NCBI GenBank assembly: GCA_964236795.1 | Contig: CAXSFV010000002.1 | Span: 58,885-122,884, forward strand | Direction of reading: 5' to 3' | Length of the DNA stretch: 64,000 nucleotides | Source of the DNA: an uncultured Armatimonadales bacterium | GTDB lineage: Bacteria; Armatimonadota; Armatimonadia; Armatimonadales; Capsulimonadaceae | Translations under genes and position numbers: made by a program | In this document: positions 1-9,837 of the stretch, piece after piece | Layout: the number at the start of each line of letters is the position of its first letter | How positions within the stretch are numbered: position 1 is the stretch's first letter | The notes under the pieces: model-generated | Told to the model about the DNA's origin: nothing | Database searches by the model: none | The model's input: only the letters and a program-made list of their open reading frames with translations

Positions 1-172
1 AGATCGCCCGAAATTCCCGGTCGCGCTCCAAAGTCACCAGATGGTCCAGGTTGCCGGTGCATACATAGCGCGGCCGTTCGGTCTTTTGGGCCATCTGCAC
101 GATGCAGGTGACGGCTTCTTCCATGATGACGTTATGAAACTCTGTGCCGGCGACAGAAACTTGAGTGAACAC
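1..172 (-). CDS. WecB/TagA/CpsF-family glycosyltransferase, N-terminal fragment (continues past left edge)
   Basis: Hand translation of a minus-strand frame absent from the ORF track because it leaves the window: (V)FTQVSVAGTEFHNVIMEEAVTCIVQMAQKTERPRYVCTGNLDHLVTLERDREFRAI. This is a typical TagA/CpsF N-terminus. The start (GTG at 172) is a guess. It lies directly downstream of EpsI/exosortase. Confidence 0.45.
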   Translation of the reverse strand, partial: MFTQVSVAGTEFHNVIMEEAVTCIVQMAQKTERPRYVCTGNLDHLVTLERDREFRAI

Positions 173-176
173 GAGC

Positions 177-830
177 TTAACTTTCTGCCTGGCGGGCGGG
201 CGGCAGCAGACGGGGCTGGAGCCTGTTCCACATGGCCGAAGCGAATTGCAGCAGGGCTGCGTGACCTTGCGCGTCTCCGCGCGGGTCGGAAGAAATCGGG
301 CGCGTGAAGCGCAAAAAATAAACCGGCGTACCGCGCTGTCCGAGCAGTGCGCTCCACAGCATGGCGGCGCGGATTTGGGTCGCTTCATTGACGACCCGAC
401 CATTGACTAGGTAAAGATAGACAATATCGAACCCGCTCTTGTTTGCCGCATCCATCGCCCGGCAGGTGCGGGCATCGGTGCGTGTCCCCGGAAGCGGTTC
501 GGAGTGATCGCTGCCGACAGACATCCCCGCCCCGATGAGGCACGAGCGCGGGTCGTGGAGGGCGCTGCGGTCCGTCCCCCCAATCAAAACAAAGTTGACG
601 GCGTCCCCGCCATTCCCAATCGGCTGATACGTCCGCGATGTCAGGGTCGCTGACGACAGCGCGGCCTGCACGTCCGCCGGAACAGCATCGTCCGATCCCG
701 CTGCATAGCCGCCGACACTGCGCGGGATGTCCGCGCTGCCGAGGCCGGCAAACCGAGCCGGAGGCGCAGGGTTCCACACCCGCGAGACCAGCAGGGCCGC
801 GCCGACACACAGCGCTAGAAAATAGCCCAT
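177..830 (-). CDS. exosortase-associated EpsI-like protein
   Basis: ORF 177..1115 trimmed to ATG 830 (MGYFLALCVGAALL, one N-terminal TM). It overlaps the exosortase stop by 16 nt. Size, anchor and position after an exosortase fit the EpsI family, but there is no motif-level proof. Confidence 0.5.
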   Translation of the reverse strand: MGYFLALCVGAALLVSRVWNPAPPARFAGLGSADIPRSVGGYAAGSDDAVPADVQAALSSATLTSRTYQPIGNGGDAVNFVLIGGTDRSALHDPRSCLIGAGMSVGSDHSEPLPGTRTDARTCRAMDAANKSGFDIVYLYLVNGRVVNEATQIRAAMLWSALLGQRGTPVYFLRFTRPISSDPRGDAQGHAALLQFASAMWNRLQPRLLPPARQAES

Positions 831-1672
831 CCGGCAAACGTGCGGCATCCCATTCCTTTCGCGAGGGCGAACAAAGCCGTAAAACCCAGCGCGAGCGTGA
901 TCATCCCGCTCCAATCGTGGAACACATGGGCCGCCGGTGTCCCGACACATTCGCCGACCACGCCGATTAAAGCAATGCGGACGCTGTTGACCGCCAAAGA
1001 GAGCGGCAGGCTGAACGCAAACAGAAGCAGCCGTTTCGCTCTCGTGCCGTCCACGAGAAATGCAAACGCCGCGCTGAACGTCAGCAGCGCGAGCAGCAGC
1101 TTGAAGCCTGAACACGGCACGTCCACAAAGAGCGCGTAATCCTCCATTTGGATGACGTTGCCCGTCAGCGTCGTCCCGAAGCCTGCGCTATGCAGGAGCT
1201 TATCGGCCAGCACGGTAGACAGCATTTGCACCCGCTGAGTCGCATCGTTCAAGACTGGGCCGGGCAGCGGCGCCAGCAGCCACAAAAAGCCGAGCGGGAA
1301 CCAAGCCGCCCGCACAAACGCCGTCCCCAATGCCAGCCAGATGCTCGCGGTGAGAGCCAGCAGAAGCCCCATGGACTCCAGCGCTTCGGCTTCAATTTTT
1401 TCGGCAAAAACCAGCAGCGTCAGTCCGGGCAGCAGCAGGCCGACAGCTTGAACCGCCGGCTTCTTGATCACTGCCGCCAAAGTGTCTCGCTTGTGCCATA
1501 GCATCAAGGCCGCGATAAACGGGATCAGCGGCGCATGGCCGTAATACGACTCCGGCTTCGTGTATTCGTAAGCCCAGAACCGAAGCACGGGCCACGCCAG
1601 CACAAGGAGCAGAACTGCCGCCAGAGCAAACGGCGCTTTCACCGCTGAGTTCCGAAGGCTTCTCTTGAACAC
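815..1672 (-). CDS. exosortase (PEP-CTERM sorting transpeptidase)
   Basis: 285-aa polytopic membrane protein with DVPCSGFKLL (Cys), NSVRIALIG (Arg) and HDWSGM (His), the exosortase signature residues. Confidence 0.8.
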   Translation of the reverse strand: MFKRSLRNSAVKAPFALAAVLLLVLAWPVLRFWAYEYTKPESYYGHAPLIPFIAALMLWHKRDTLAAVIKKPAVQAVGLLLPGLTLLVFAEKIEAEALESMGLLLALTASIWLALGTAFVRAAWFPLGFLWLLAPLPGPVLNDATQRVQMLSTVLADKLLHSAGFGTTLTGNVIQMEDYALFVDVPCSGFKLLLALLTFSAAFAFLVDGTRAKRLLLFAFSLPLSLAVNSVRIALIGVVGECVGTPAAHVFHDWSGMITLALGFTALFALAKGMGCRTFAGWAIF

Positions 1673-1822
1673 TATCTTAATCTTCGGCGAAATCCACTGC
1701 GATTATAGCGCGAAATATACTGGGTTCCGGTCTTGAACGTCAAAAACTTGAAAGAGAAAGCGGCGGGCTGCCAAAACAACGCCGCCGCTGGGTGATGTCA
1801 AGAGTGCAATACGGGCGCGGCC

Positions 1823-2533
1823 TTAAGCAGTGATGCTTGCGGCTTTGCGCTTTTTGCGGACGGCGAGGGCCAGAAGGCCGAGGCCGCCGAAGAGAAACGG
1901 GACCACCGTTGCCGGCTCCGGGACTGCGGCCGGAGCATTGGAGGCCTGAAAGACTCCGGTTCCGCCTGCCGTAAACCCGTTAAAGTAGCCGCCGCTTACT
2001 CCAAGTGCAGGAACCGCGCTTGCCATAGAGATATTAAACGCACCCGGATTATATAAGCCGGACTGCGTAAAGTAGGTCCCGCCTGTGTAGGTGACGTTTG
2101 TCAGCGTGTTCCTGAGCGTCGGCGTAAAGGAACCAATCGTTCCATCCAGAAGATTGCCACCATCAAACATGCCGGAGAGAAGGTTGACTCCGCCGGCCGT
2201 GACGCTGAACGTGCCCCCGGATAATGCCTGGCTGTAGCTGGACGGCCCGCCGGTTACGGTCCCGACGTTGTTCAGCCCTGTGAAGACCACAGTGGCCGGG
2301 GCGTTCGTCGTGAAGGTGGAAGGGAACGATGCAATGAACTGCGCCCCCGGAGTGATACTGAAGCCGCCTGTCACGCCCGGCGTGTAGGTGAAGACGCTGC
2401 TGATGCCGGCTCCCGCTCCGGTGATGGAAGCGAAGGTAACAGGCTGTCCCGACTGAGCCTGGGACGGCGCGGCGGCGAAAGCGGTTCCCGCCGCGATCAG
2501 CAGGACGATGGTAGATCTGCTTAAGTTGATCAT
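1823..2533 (-). CDS. PEP-CTERM sorting-domain secreted protein
   Basis: Signal peptide (LIAAGTAFAAAPSQAQ), Gly/Thr/Ser-rich body, and C-terminal VPEPATVVPFLFGGLGLLALAVRKKRK, which is a PEP motif plus TM plus basic tail. Confidence 0.85.
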   Translation of the reverse strand: MINLSRSTIVLLIAAGTAFAAAPSQAQSGQPVTFASITGAGAGISSVFTYTPGVTGGFSITPGAQFIASFPSTFTTNAPATVVFTGLNNVGTVTGGPSSYSQALSGGTFSVTAGGVNLLSGMFDGGNLLDGTIGSFTPTLRNTLTNVTYTGGTYFTQSGLYNPGAFNISMASAVPALGVSGGYFNGFTAGGTGVFQASNAPAAVPEPATVVPFLFGGLGLLALAVRKKRKAASITA

Positions 2534-2634
2534 AGTTGTTCACCCCCTATTCCGGTCAGATTGGTCGGACGAAAAAATAAGTAGATAAGCGCTGAGTTCA
2601 GTATAGCGCAAAAAACGCGAAAAGCTACCAAATC

Positions 2635-3573
2635 TTAAAGCGTGGACGCCGTTTTTTTTCCACTGTTTGTGTCTGCCGGATACTGCTCGATGCCGGCAAA
2701 GTATGCGGCGTACTTATCGGAGTTGAATTCAGGCTTGGCATTTCGGTAGAGCCGCGCCATTTCTTCCGGCTGGGATGGGGCCAATGCGAGACGCGCGGCA
2801 CGCTCGACGGCGCCGCGCACATCGGAAAACGGCGGGACGACGCCCGGACGGCGCTGGCTGACCCGGAAAGTCAGAAAATAAGTGTCCGCCTGGAATGTTT
2901 TGACGGCCCCGACTTTAGCCGACTGCGCCCATGCGCTGGTCTGCTGCTTGACGAGTGGCGGCAGAGTCGCAAGGTCCGGGTTGTAGCCGCCGATGCCGAC
3001 GACGCGCAGGCCCGGCTGGCGGGCGATGACGTCCGGCGGGTCGTTCTGGCGCAGCAGGTCGGCGGCGGTCGCGGCGGCGACGCTGTTCTGCGTCACCACT
3101 GTTGTCGTCAGCGTCTGCTGCGGCAGAGCAAAGTCCGCCTTGTGCTGGGCGTAGTAACCCGCAATCTGGGCAGGCGACAGCGCGACATCCTGGATCCGCA
3201 GATTTTCGAGCGCCATGTTTGTCGAGAGGTCCTGCTTGAACCCGGCCATCTTGACCGGGTCACGGCTGTATGGGGCCAGCACCTGGGGCGCCTGCCGGGC
3301 CAGTGCCTGCATCCGGTCTTCTACATCGCCGTCCGTCGGCAGCACCCCGGCATGGGTCGCAGCCTGAGTCACAAGCGCCGTGAACACAAGCTTCGTCAGC
3401 ACCGCCTGCCCGTCGTCATGCTCGAGCTGGTCCTGAAACTGCTTTTTCGTGACCGCCGTGCCGCCAACCGTGACAATCGGCCGGCTCGACGAGTACCGAA
3501 AAAACAAGAGAATATTGACAAGAACTGAGACAGTGGCAATCACCGCCAAAACACGAACTGTATAAGATTTCAT
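2635..3573 (-). CDS. membrane-anchored SurA-N/PrsA-like chaperone-domain protein (no clear parvulin domain)
   Basis: ORF trimmed to ATG 3573 (MKSYTVRVLAVIATVSVLVNILLFF signal anchor). The helical region VTKKQFQDQLE...VLTKLV...AQIAGYYAQHKADF resembles the SurA N-terminal chaperone domain. Confidence 0.45.
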   Translation of the reverse strand: MKSYTVRVLAVIATVSVLVNILLFFRYSSSRPIVTVGGTAVTKKQFQDQLEHDDGQAVLTKLVFTALVTQAATHAGVLPTDGDVEDRMQALARQAPQVLAPYSRDPVKMAGFKQDLSTNMALENLRIQDVALSPAQIAGYYAQHKADFALPQQTLTTTVVTQNSVAAATAADLLRQNDPPDVIARQPGLRVVGIGGYNPDLATLPPLVKQQTSAWAQSAKVGAVKTFQADTYFLTFRVSQRRPGVVPPFSDVRGAVERAARLALAPSQPEEMARLYRNAKPEFNSDKYAAYFAGIEQYPADTNSGKKTASTL

Positions 3574-3669
3574 ACCAATAGCGATCCCAACATTTACTAC
3601 TGCAAAATTCATGCCAACTGTGGGGCAAACAACATTAAAAGTTTTATTCGTAGCGTGACGCACATAATA

Positions 3670-4752
3670 TCAGCAAGCGACGGCAGCGGCGATACGCTGC
3701 GCCCACAAATCCAAAGTCGCATTTTTCTCTATCCAGAGCCGGGCATTCCGGCCCAAGCGCTCCCGCAGGACCGCATCACCGCGCAGGCGGGCAATCGCGT
3801 CCCGCCAACCCGCAGCGTCTCCGGGGGCAACCGAGAGGCCGTTTTCTCCGTCTACAATCACATCGGTCTGCCCGATTGTCCGCGTCGCAATAACAGCTTT
3901 GCCCATTGCCATTGCTTCTAAAATCGTCGTGACTCCTGCTTGAAAATCGGTTTCTTTCAGCGGCACGACGACAAACGCTGATTCAGCATAGAGACGCCTC
4001 AGTTCGTGGTACGAGTACCGGCGGGCGTCTACATTCGGCGGCAGGGTCCGATTGGTCGTTTCGTTCTCATGCTTGGACCACGGCGACGCCGCCGCCAGCT
4101 TGACTTCGAGATCGGGCATGGCGCTGACCGCATCAATCAGTGTCGGATAATCGCGCCATTCCAGCCCCGCCGCGCAGATTTGATTGGGGTTCACGTCATT
4201 CCCCGCCAAATCATTGGCCGCCAAAGGCCGGTAAAAGTCGGCGTCGGCGTGGAACGGGATCAGCGCGAGCTTCTTCGGCGCAATCCCTAGCTGGCTGACG
4301 GCCCATTTCTGCTGCGCCTCAGCGTACAAGAAGATTGTGTCCATGCGCCGCTGCACGTTCAGCTTGGTAAAAAAGAACTGCTTTTTGCCTGTAGACAACC
4401 GGTGGCCGATGGTGACGTGGCGCGGCGGGTTTGAGACGCCGCCGAGCAGCAGGGCCAGCGGAATGCCGACATTCTCGCCGTTCGTGAAAATCGTCTGATA
4501 CTCCCGGCGGCGCTGGAACCCCATGAAGGCCAGCGCGGCATCGGGGCCGCCGGTTTTACCTGCCAGACGCACGCCCCCCGACGTGTCGGCCTGCGCGGCG
4601 GCGTAGTCCAGCAGGTCCACCGTCATGCCGTGGCGCCCCCGCAGGACGCGGGCGAGCGCGTAGTAGTCCATAACCGGATGTGTACCCACGGCGACTTCGG
4701 CGTCAATGCCGGTCTTGAGGACGCTGGGAATGAGAAGTAAAGCTTTTTTCAC
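3670..4752 (-). CDS. glycosyltransferase, GT1/GT4-like
   Basis: ORF 3670..5085 trimmed to GTG 4752 (VKKALLLIPS), because the upstream 111 codons run through a repeat element. The C-terminal motif is FVVVPLKETDFQAGVTTILEAMAMGKAVIAT...ENG. Confidence 0.7.
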   Translation of the reverse strand: MKKALLLIPSVLKTGIDAEVAVGTHPVMDYYALARVLRGRHGMTVDLLDYAAAQADTSGGVRLAGKTGGPDAALAFMGFQRRREYQTIFTNGENVGIPLALLLGGVSNPPRHVTIGHRLSTGKKQFFFTKLNVQRRMDTIFLYAEAQQKWAVSQLGIAPKKLALIPFHADADFYRPLAANDLAGNDVNPNQICAAGLEWRDYPTLIDAVSAMPDLEVKLAAASPWSKHENETTNRTLPPNVDARRYSYHELRRLYAESAFVVVPLKETDFQAGVTTILEAMAMGKAVIATRTIGQTDVIVDGENGLSVAPGDAAGWRDAIARLRGDAVLRERLGRNARLWIEKNATLDLWAQRIAAAVAC

Positions 4753-4767
4753 GGTTGGCTCACAAGA

Positions 4768-4929
4768 CGAGGGAGTGAACTCCCTCGCTGAAAGGCGTTC
4801 GGAAACGCCGCCTGCCTTCCAGGTCTGCCAGTGCAGTCCAGGGGACGGAAGAGCAGAATAAGAGGGGTCTGTATTGCGTCCCCTGGACGCGCGGGCGAAG
4901 CCCTTCCAGTGCGGATGTTCACGTCCGCG
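4768..4929. repeat. family-1 long-hairpin element (divergent copy)
   Basis: Left end cgagggaGTGAACtccctcgCTG. Right end CAGtgcggatGTTCACgtccgcg. Internal 10-bp stem ccaggggacg/cgtcccctgg. Confidence 0.6.
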
Positions 4930-6004
4930 TGTATCTCCCCTGCACGACCTCGATGAGCCGCCCGTAGTTTGCCTGGGCGCAGAAGCGCTCCGCCCCAACG
5001 GCGGCGGCCTGCGCGGACAGGCGGGACAGTCCCGCGCGGTCGGCAGCGAGGGCCAGCAGGGCGTCCGCGAGGGCCGCCGGGTCATCCGGCGGGACGATCC
5101 AGCCGGTCTCGCCGTGGGTGACGGCTTCCGGCAGGGCGCCGACCGAGGTAGTAATTACGGGCAGGCCCGATGTCAAGGCTTCCATGACCGCCAGCGGCAG
5201 GCAGTCGCCGCGCGTCGGGAAAACAAACAAGTCGGCGTCTGAATAAAGCTGAAGCAAAGCGTCGGAGTTCGGCTGAACATCATGCCGGATTGTTAGATTT
5301 GGGAGATTATTCCCAATATGCGGGGTTTTCGTCACAACCGTAAGCTTTGCCAGTCCCGGCGGCAGGCGGCGGAAGGCTTCCAGAAGCGTGTCGCCGCCTT
5401 TGCGGAGAAAGTCGCCGCCGACAAACAGCAGCTTCAATGGTCCCGCAGAACGAGGCGGACGCTCGCGCCGCCATAGTTCCGTATCGATGCCCGGCGGGAT
5501 GACCGTGATCTTGTCGGGCGCGACCCCGTAGTCGGCCACCAGCGAGGCTTTAGCCCACTCCGACCAGGTCACAAGACGGCGAGCTGCACCGAACGCCCGC
5601 CGGTTCAGCCGCTTTTTGATTGCTTCCAGCCGTGCATTCGTGCTGGGAACGTGGCCGTAGAACGCGCCGAGCGCATCATATTGAAGGGGAGTGGCGTCCA
5701 AAGAAATCACCGACGGCACCTGCCGCATTAGGCCGGCGGCGAACAGCGACGTCACCTGCGTGTGATACAGCGCCCCATCCAAGCGGTTGACCGAGCGGCG
5801 CAATCCGAGCCACGCGCCGAGCGAGGCGCGGACGGACCAGTTCGAGCGCACCCCCGGCAGGCGGGACCACGCCCCGGCCATGCCGTCATACGGCAGGTCC
5901 ACATACTCCGGCGTGATGCCGGGGTGCCGGGTCATCTCCCGCTTCAAGTTCTGTGCGTGCGTCGTGTGGCCGAGCGAGTATTCCAAAGCAAAACCGAGTC
6001 GCAT
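4919..6004 (-). CDS. glycosyltransferase family 4 (GT1 fold)
   Basis: LLFVGGDFLRKGG...FVFPTRGDCLPLAVMEALTSGLPVITTSVGALPEAV..GETG, a classic GT4 C-terminal domain. Confidence 0.8.
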   Translation of the reverse strand: MRLGFALEYSLGHTTHAQNLKREMTRHPGITPEYVDLPYDGMAGAWSRLPGVRSNWSVRASLGAWLGLRRSVNRLDGALYHTQVTSLFAAGLMRQVPSVISLDATPLQYDALGAFYGHVPSTNARLEAIKKRLNRRAFGAARRLVTWSEWAKASLVADYGVAPDKITVIPPGIDTELWRRERPPRSAGPLKLLFVGGDFLRKGGDTLLEAFRRLPPGLAKLTVVTKTPHIGNNLPNLTIRHDVQPNSDALLQLYSDADLFVFPTRGDCLPLAVMEALTSGLPVITTSVGALPEAVTHGETGWIVPPDDPAALADALLALAADRAGLSRLSAQAAAVGAERFCAQANYGRLIEVVQGRYTRT

Positions 6005-6101
6005 TCTTCCGCCTTCCTGACTTCCCTGCCTTCATCGCGTCCGGGACACGGTGTTTGTGTTCCACTCTTGTATTTTTCTATTGGCTAGTTGGCGCGGGAA
6101 G

Positions 6102-6707
6102 TTAAGAGCCGGCAGCCGGAGGAACGGAAAGCGAAAGGAGGCGGTCGCGGAGGGCGCAGTAGATCAGATGGCCGATGACGATGTGAGCATCTTCCACCAT
6201 CTGCATGTTGTGCTTCGGCACGACGATTCTATGTCGGGCAAGACTCGCCAGCCTGCCGCCGTCGAACCCGCTCCAGCCGAGCGTGACTGCGCCGCAGGCG
6301 TGGGCGGCTTCGACCGCCGCGAGAATGTTCGGCGAGTTGCCGCTGCCGCTGACCGCGACTAGCAGGTCGCCGGGCCGGAGCCAGGTCCGGGCCTGCCCCG
6401 CAAACACTTCGGCGTACTCGGTGTCGTTGCCCCACGCCGTCAGAAGCGGCACGGAGTCTACCAGCGACAGGCACTCCCAGGGCAGGCCGCCGTACAGGAA
6501 CATGTTCTTCTGGAAGTCAGCAGGCAGGTGGCTTGCCGTCGCCGCCGAGCCGCCGTTGCCGCAAAAGACCACCCGCCGCCGGTTCTGATAATTCTCCCAA
6601 AACAGATCAATGGCATTGTCAATGTCTGCCGTGGGAAGCGCCAGCAACAGCGCCGCCATCTCCGTCAAGTAACCGTGCGTCTTTAAACCTTCGTGCGTGT
6701 TTGCCAT
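6102..6707 (-). CDS. SIS-domain sugar-phosphate isomerase (GmhA-like phosphoheptose isomerase)
   Basis: VVFCGNGGSAATASHLPADF and LLVAVSGSGNSPNILAAVEAA match GmhA/SIS motifs. Confidence 0.7.
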   Translation of the reverse strand: MANTHEGLKTHGYLTEMAALLLALPTADIDNAIDLFWENYQNRRRVVFCGNGGSAATASHLPADFQKNMFLYGGLPWECLSLVDSVPLLTAWGNDTEYAEVFAGQARTWLRPGDLLVAVSGSGNSPNILAAVEAAHACGAVTLGWSGFDGGRLASLARHRIVVPKHNMQMVEDAHIVIGHLIYCALRDRLLSLSVPPAAGS

Positions 6708-6824
6708 TTCGGCTAAGTATACTTGATTATCGGCGAAATTGAATACTCAGCCGTAGGAAAACTCACTCCGGCGCGAGCGCCGATTGGAACAAACCGGAAC
6801 GCTATACGCAGTAATGCTTGCATA

Positions 6825-6872
6825 CCCTTTCCTTGTTAAGGAGAGGGTGGCGGCTCGCCGCCGGGTGGGTTC
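6825..6872. repeat. solo arm of the family-2 element
   Basis: ccctttccttgttaaggagagggtggcggctcgccgccgggtgggttc resembles the right arm at 22196-22242. Confidence 0.55.
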
Positions 6873-6874
6873 TC

Positions 6875-9610
6875 CTACGGCAGCGCCGGAAACGCATTCA
6901 GCACTTCTTCCCCCATGTTGTCCCAATGGCGCTCGTCACTGAACGGCCGGTTATTGATCCAGTAGGCATCGTCCGGCGAGTAATTCAGCAGCTCTGGGCG
7001 GTCGTTGCCGGTGTGGTAGAGCTGGTGGACGAAGTAGACCTGGCAGTGGTCAAACGGCAGCGTGACCCCGGCGGGGAACACGGCGTCTTTGACGACCTGG
7101 CCTTGCTCCATAATGACGGCCCGGTTCTGCGACAAGTACAGGTCGAACTTGTGCCGCTTGTCCAGATCGCCCGACGTGCCGTTCCAGGGGATTTTGCACC
7201 AGGGGCCGGAGCGGGCGCAGATGCCGAAGGAGTCGGGGCCGACGCCGCTTTCCTGATGGGTCAAATGCACGATGTCGGAATACGCATCGGGCTGGACGCC
7301 GGGGAACACGCTCAGCGTGTGCTGGTTGTCCTGCACTTCCCAGCGGAACAGCCTGCCGCTCAGGGTCGGCCTGCGGCCCGCGAAGTCGGCGAACTTGCCG
7401 GGGTCCACCAGCGTGTCTCCGGCAGCCCCGACGAACACGTCGCACCACCGGCGGCCGTCCATATGCGGGTCCACTTCAAAGGTGACGTGCAGCACTTTGC
7501 CGCCGGAAATATCGGCAATGGCGTTCGGCATCATCACCAGTGAGGCATTATTGTTGTGCATCGGGACGCTTGAGCCGGGCGTGCCGCCGTCATAGAGCGT
7601 GTCCATAAAGTGATTGCCCATGAAGAAAATCTTCGTGTCTTTTAAATCGCCGCCGTAGTCGCGGATCGTCCACTTGGCATTGGCGAACTCGTCAAAGCAC
7701 TGCGGGTCGCCGTAGAACGTGTTCGGCACGAGCGCCGGCAGCGGCTGCGGGACCAACGCCGGCTCATTGCGGAACGTATCAAAGAACGCCTGCGCCCCAG
7801 TCAGGCTGCGCGGCGAGAGCGAAACGGCGACCGGGGCGCAGCGGGCCAGCACCTGGGGGACATTCGACGGGTCCCCCTGGCCGTTGATGGCCTGGTGCAT
7901 CCCGTCCATCTGCATCGCGCCCGGCCCGGCCATGCCGTCCATTGTCTGGAATGGGCCGAGCTTGTCTACGGCCTCGACGACAAGGTTTGCCCCAGCGACC
8001 GGGTCCAGCCCGTTCATTTCAATGCTGAGGCTGCCGCCGCTGTATTTGACGGTGCCGGGATGAGCCGTGTCATAAACGCGGTAGTCCAACGCGCCGGGAA
8101 CAGCATCAAAGGAGATGACGGCACTGTCGTCGTTTGCGTCTACACCCGTCACCTGTACCAGACCGACGGCAGGCGTGGCCGGGCCGGACGGCATGGTGGC
8201 CGACACTGCCGCGCTGGGAGCGCTTTCGGCGGCCTGGGTCCAGGCGATGTTCGACGCGGTGACGGCGTAGGAATGCGTCTCGCCGGGCTGCACGCTCACG
8301 TCGTAAGCGTTCAGACCCCACAAGCCGGACAGCACCCGCTGACCGTCCCGATAAAGCGTGTAGGTATAATCGCTGCCTGCGCCATGCCACAACAGATGAA
8401 TGCGCGGCTGGCCCGCGTTCCATTCGGGTACGGCAGACAGCGCGGTCGGCGAGGCCGGAGCGCCCGGCGTCCAGCCCGGCGCCTGGCTGGGGCTGAAGGC
8501 GCCCTGCGCGGCGGCGAGGGCCGACGGCAGGCTCTCGGTGCCCATCGGGTCCACCGCCGTGACAGTGTAAGTCATGCCATTTTCCCAGGCCGGCAGCGGC
8601 AGCGTATACGAAGCGCTGGAAACGCTCGCCACCAGCGTTGAATACTGGTAGACGTTGTATGAGGCCACGCCGGGAACCGGCGACCAGGAAAGCCCATCGG
8701 TCGGCCCGCCCGACCAGAGGCCGGACACGCATAAGTTGACCGGTGCCCCAAATGCCGCACTCGCCGCAGGCGGGTTTGGGGCAGTCGCGGAAACCGGGGC
8801 CGAGCGGACGCCTTCCCCGCCGGGTCCGGTTGCGGACACCGCATACAAGTAAGTTTGACCGCTGGTGACGCTCATGTCGGTCCAGCCGGTCTGTGCCGAG
8901 CTGAAGAGCTTCACGCCGCCTCGGTAAACTGTGTAGGCATCCGCGCCGGGGACTGCGTTCCAGGCCAGCACGACATGGGCCATTGCCATGCCGCCGCAGG
9001 CAGGGCAGCTTGCGGCCCACTGCGGGGTGGCAGTCAATCCCGCCGGGGCGGGCGGCGCAGGCGGCAGGACGGGCGGCAGGCCCGTAATGACGATTTTGTC
9101 CAGATAAAACGGCGCAAGCGTGGTGGCTGTGTTGTTTTGGACCCATAAGCCGTCCATGTCGAGGGCCGCGCCGACGCCGAGGCGCGGCAGGGTGATCCGT
9201 ACCTGCTGCCAGCCCGCCTTCAGCGGCAGAAGCGGCACGGCGGCCTGTGGGACGCCGCTGCGGAGCGCTTTGACGGCCAGCGCCTGTCCGCCGGTCGCGC
9301 CGCCGTTGATCCAAAACGAGACCGTCGCGGCGGGCGAGGTGCGGAACGGCGCATGGTGCAGGTAAACCCCCTGCCACGGCCCTGCCTGGGCTTTAATGGA
9401 CGTGGCGGACAAGGCCGGAGCGGGGTTGGTGAGGCTGTCGTTCCCCCACCCCCAGTATTGCCAGCCGTTTTGCAGCGACCCGGCGTAGATGGTCTGACCG
9501 GCAGCCGGCGGCGGCACAGCGGCAAGGGAGCGGCTTCCGGCGGCCCAAGCCAGCATAGCAAGCACAAAAAGCTTCAAGACAAAGCGCGTCGGGAGCAGAG
9601 AGGACTTCAT
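6875..9610 (-). CDS. large secreted protein: N-terminal beta-sandwich, four FN3-like repeats, unknown ~340-aa C-terminal domain
   Basis: Signal peptide MKSSLLPTRFVLKLFVLAMLAWAAGSRSLAA. Repeats of the form W..VPGA..Y.VYR.G (AWNAVPGADAYTVYRGG, SWSPVPGVASYNVYQYS, YTYTLYRDGQ, FDAVPGALDYRVYD). I do not recognise the C-terminal domain. Confidence 0.7.
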   Translation of the reverse strand: MKSSLLPTRFVLKLFVLAMLAWAAGSRSLAAVPPPAAGQTIYAGSLQNGWQYWGWGNDSLTNPAPALSATSIKAQAGPWQGVYLHHAPFRTSPAATVSFWINGGATGGQALAVKALRSGVPQAAVPLLPLKAGWQQVRITLPRLGVGAALDMDGLWVQNNTATTLAPFYLDKIVITGLPPVLPPAPPAPAGLTATPQWAASCPACGGMAMAHVVLAWNAVPGADAYTVYRGGVKLFSSAQTGWTDMSVTSGQTYLYAVSATGPGGEGVRSAPVSATAPNPPAASAAFGAPVNLCVSGLWSGGPTDGLSWSPVPGVASYNVYQYSTLVASVSSASYTLPLPAWENGMTYTVTAVDPMGTESLPSALAAAQGAFSPSQAPGWTPGAPASPTALSAVPEWNAGQPRIHLLWHGAGSDYTYTLYRDGQRVLSGLWGLNAYDVSVQPGETHSYAVTASNIAWTQAAESAPSAAVSATMPSGPATPAVGLVQVTGVDANDDSAVISFDAVPGALDYRVYDTAHPGTVKYSGGSLSIEMNGLDPVAGANLVVEAVDKLGPFQTMDGMAGPGAMQMDGMHQAINGQGDPSNVPQVLARCAPVAVSLSPRSLTGAQAFFDTFRNEPALVPQPLPALVPNTFYGDPQCFDEFANAKWTIRDYGGDLKDTKIFFMGNHFMDTLYDGGTPGSSVPMHNNNASLVMMPNAIADISGGKVLHVTFEVDPHMDGRRWCDVFVGAAGDTLVDPGKFADFAGRRPTLSGRLFRWEVQDNQHTLSVFPGVQPDAYSDIVHLTHQESGVGPDSFGICARSGPWCKIPWNGTSGDLDKRHKFDLYLSQNRAVIMEQGQVVKDAVFPAGVTLPFDHCQVYFVHQLYHTGNDRPELLNYSPDDAYWINNRPFSDERHWDNMGEEVLNAFPALP

Positions 9611-9792
9611 TTCTGGTTTCCCTTATCAATAAACAGCCCGAAGGCTGGTGTGAACAGTGTAGGACGGCAGACGAGATGCCGGCTGTTTTATGTTCGGGGA
9701 AACTGGAAAGCGGCGTCAGAGGGAAAACACAAGGAACGAGGAAGAAGCGGGAAAAACCCGTATTGGCACGGGGATGAAGGCAAGGGAGAAGA

Positions 9793-9834
9793 AGGGCGAA
9801 CACTCAATAGGAAGGGCGAACACAAGGTTCGCCC
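9793..9834. repeat. REP unit GGGCGAACACAAGGTTCGCCC plus a half-unit
   Basis: agggcgaacac (9793-9803) and the palindrome gggcgaacacaaggttcgccc (9814-9834). Confidence 0.8.
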
Positions 9835-9837
9835 TTT

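Noticed and set aside
4753-5085. N-terminal 111-codon extension of the glycosyltransferase ORF 3670..5085 (similar extensions at 13836..13889, 15515..15598, 43974..44129, 53173..53250 and 57594..57668)
   Set aside because: These extensions read through repeat or hairpin elements or neighbouring genes. Plausible internal starts give proteins that begin where homologues usually begin.
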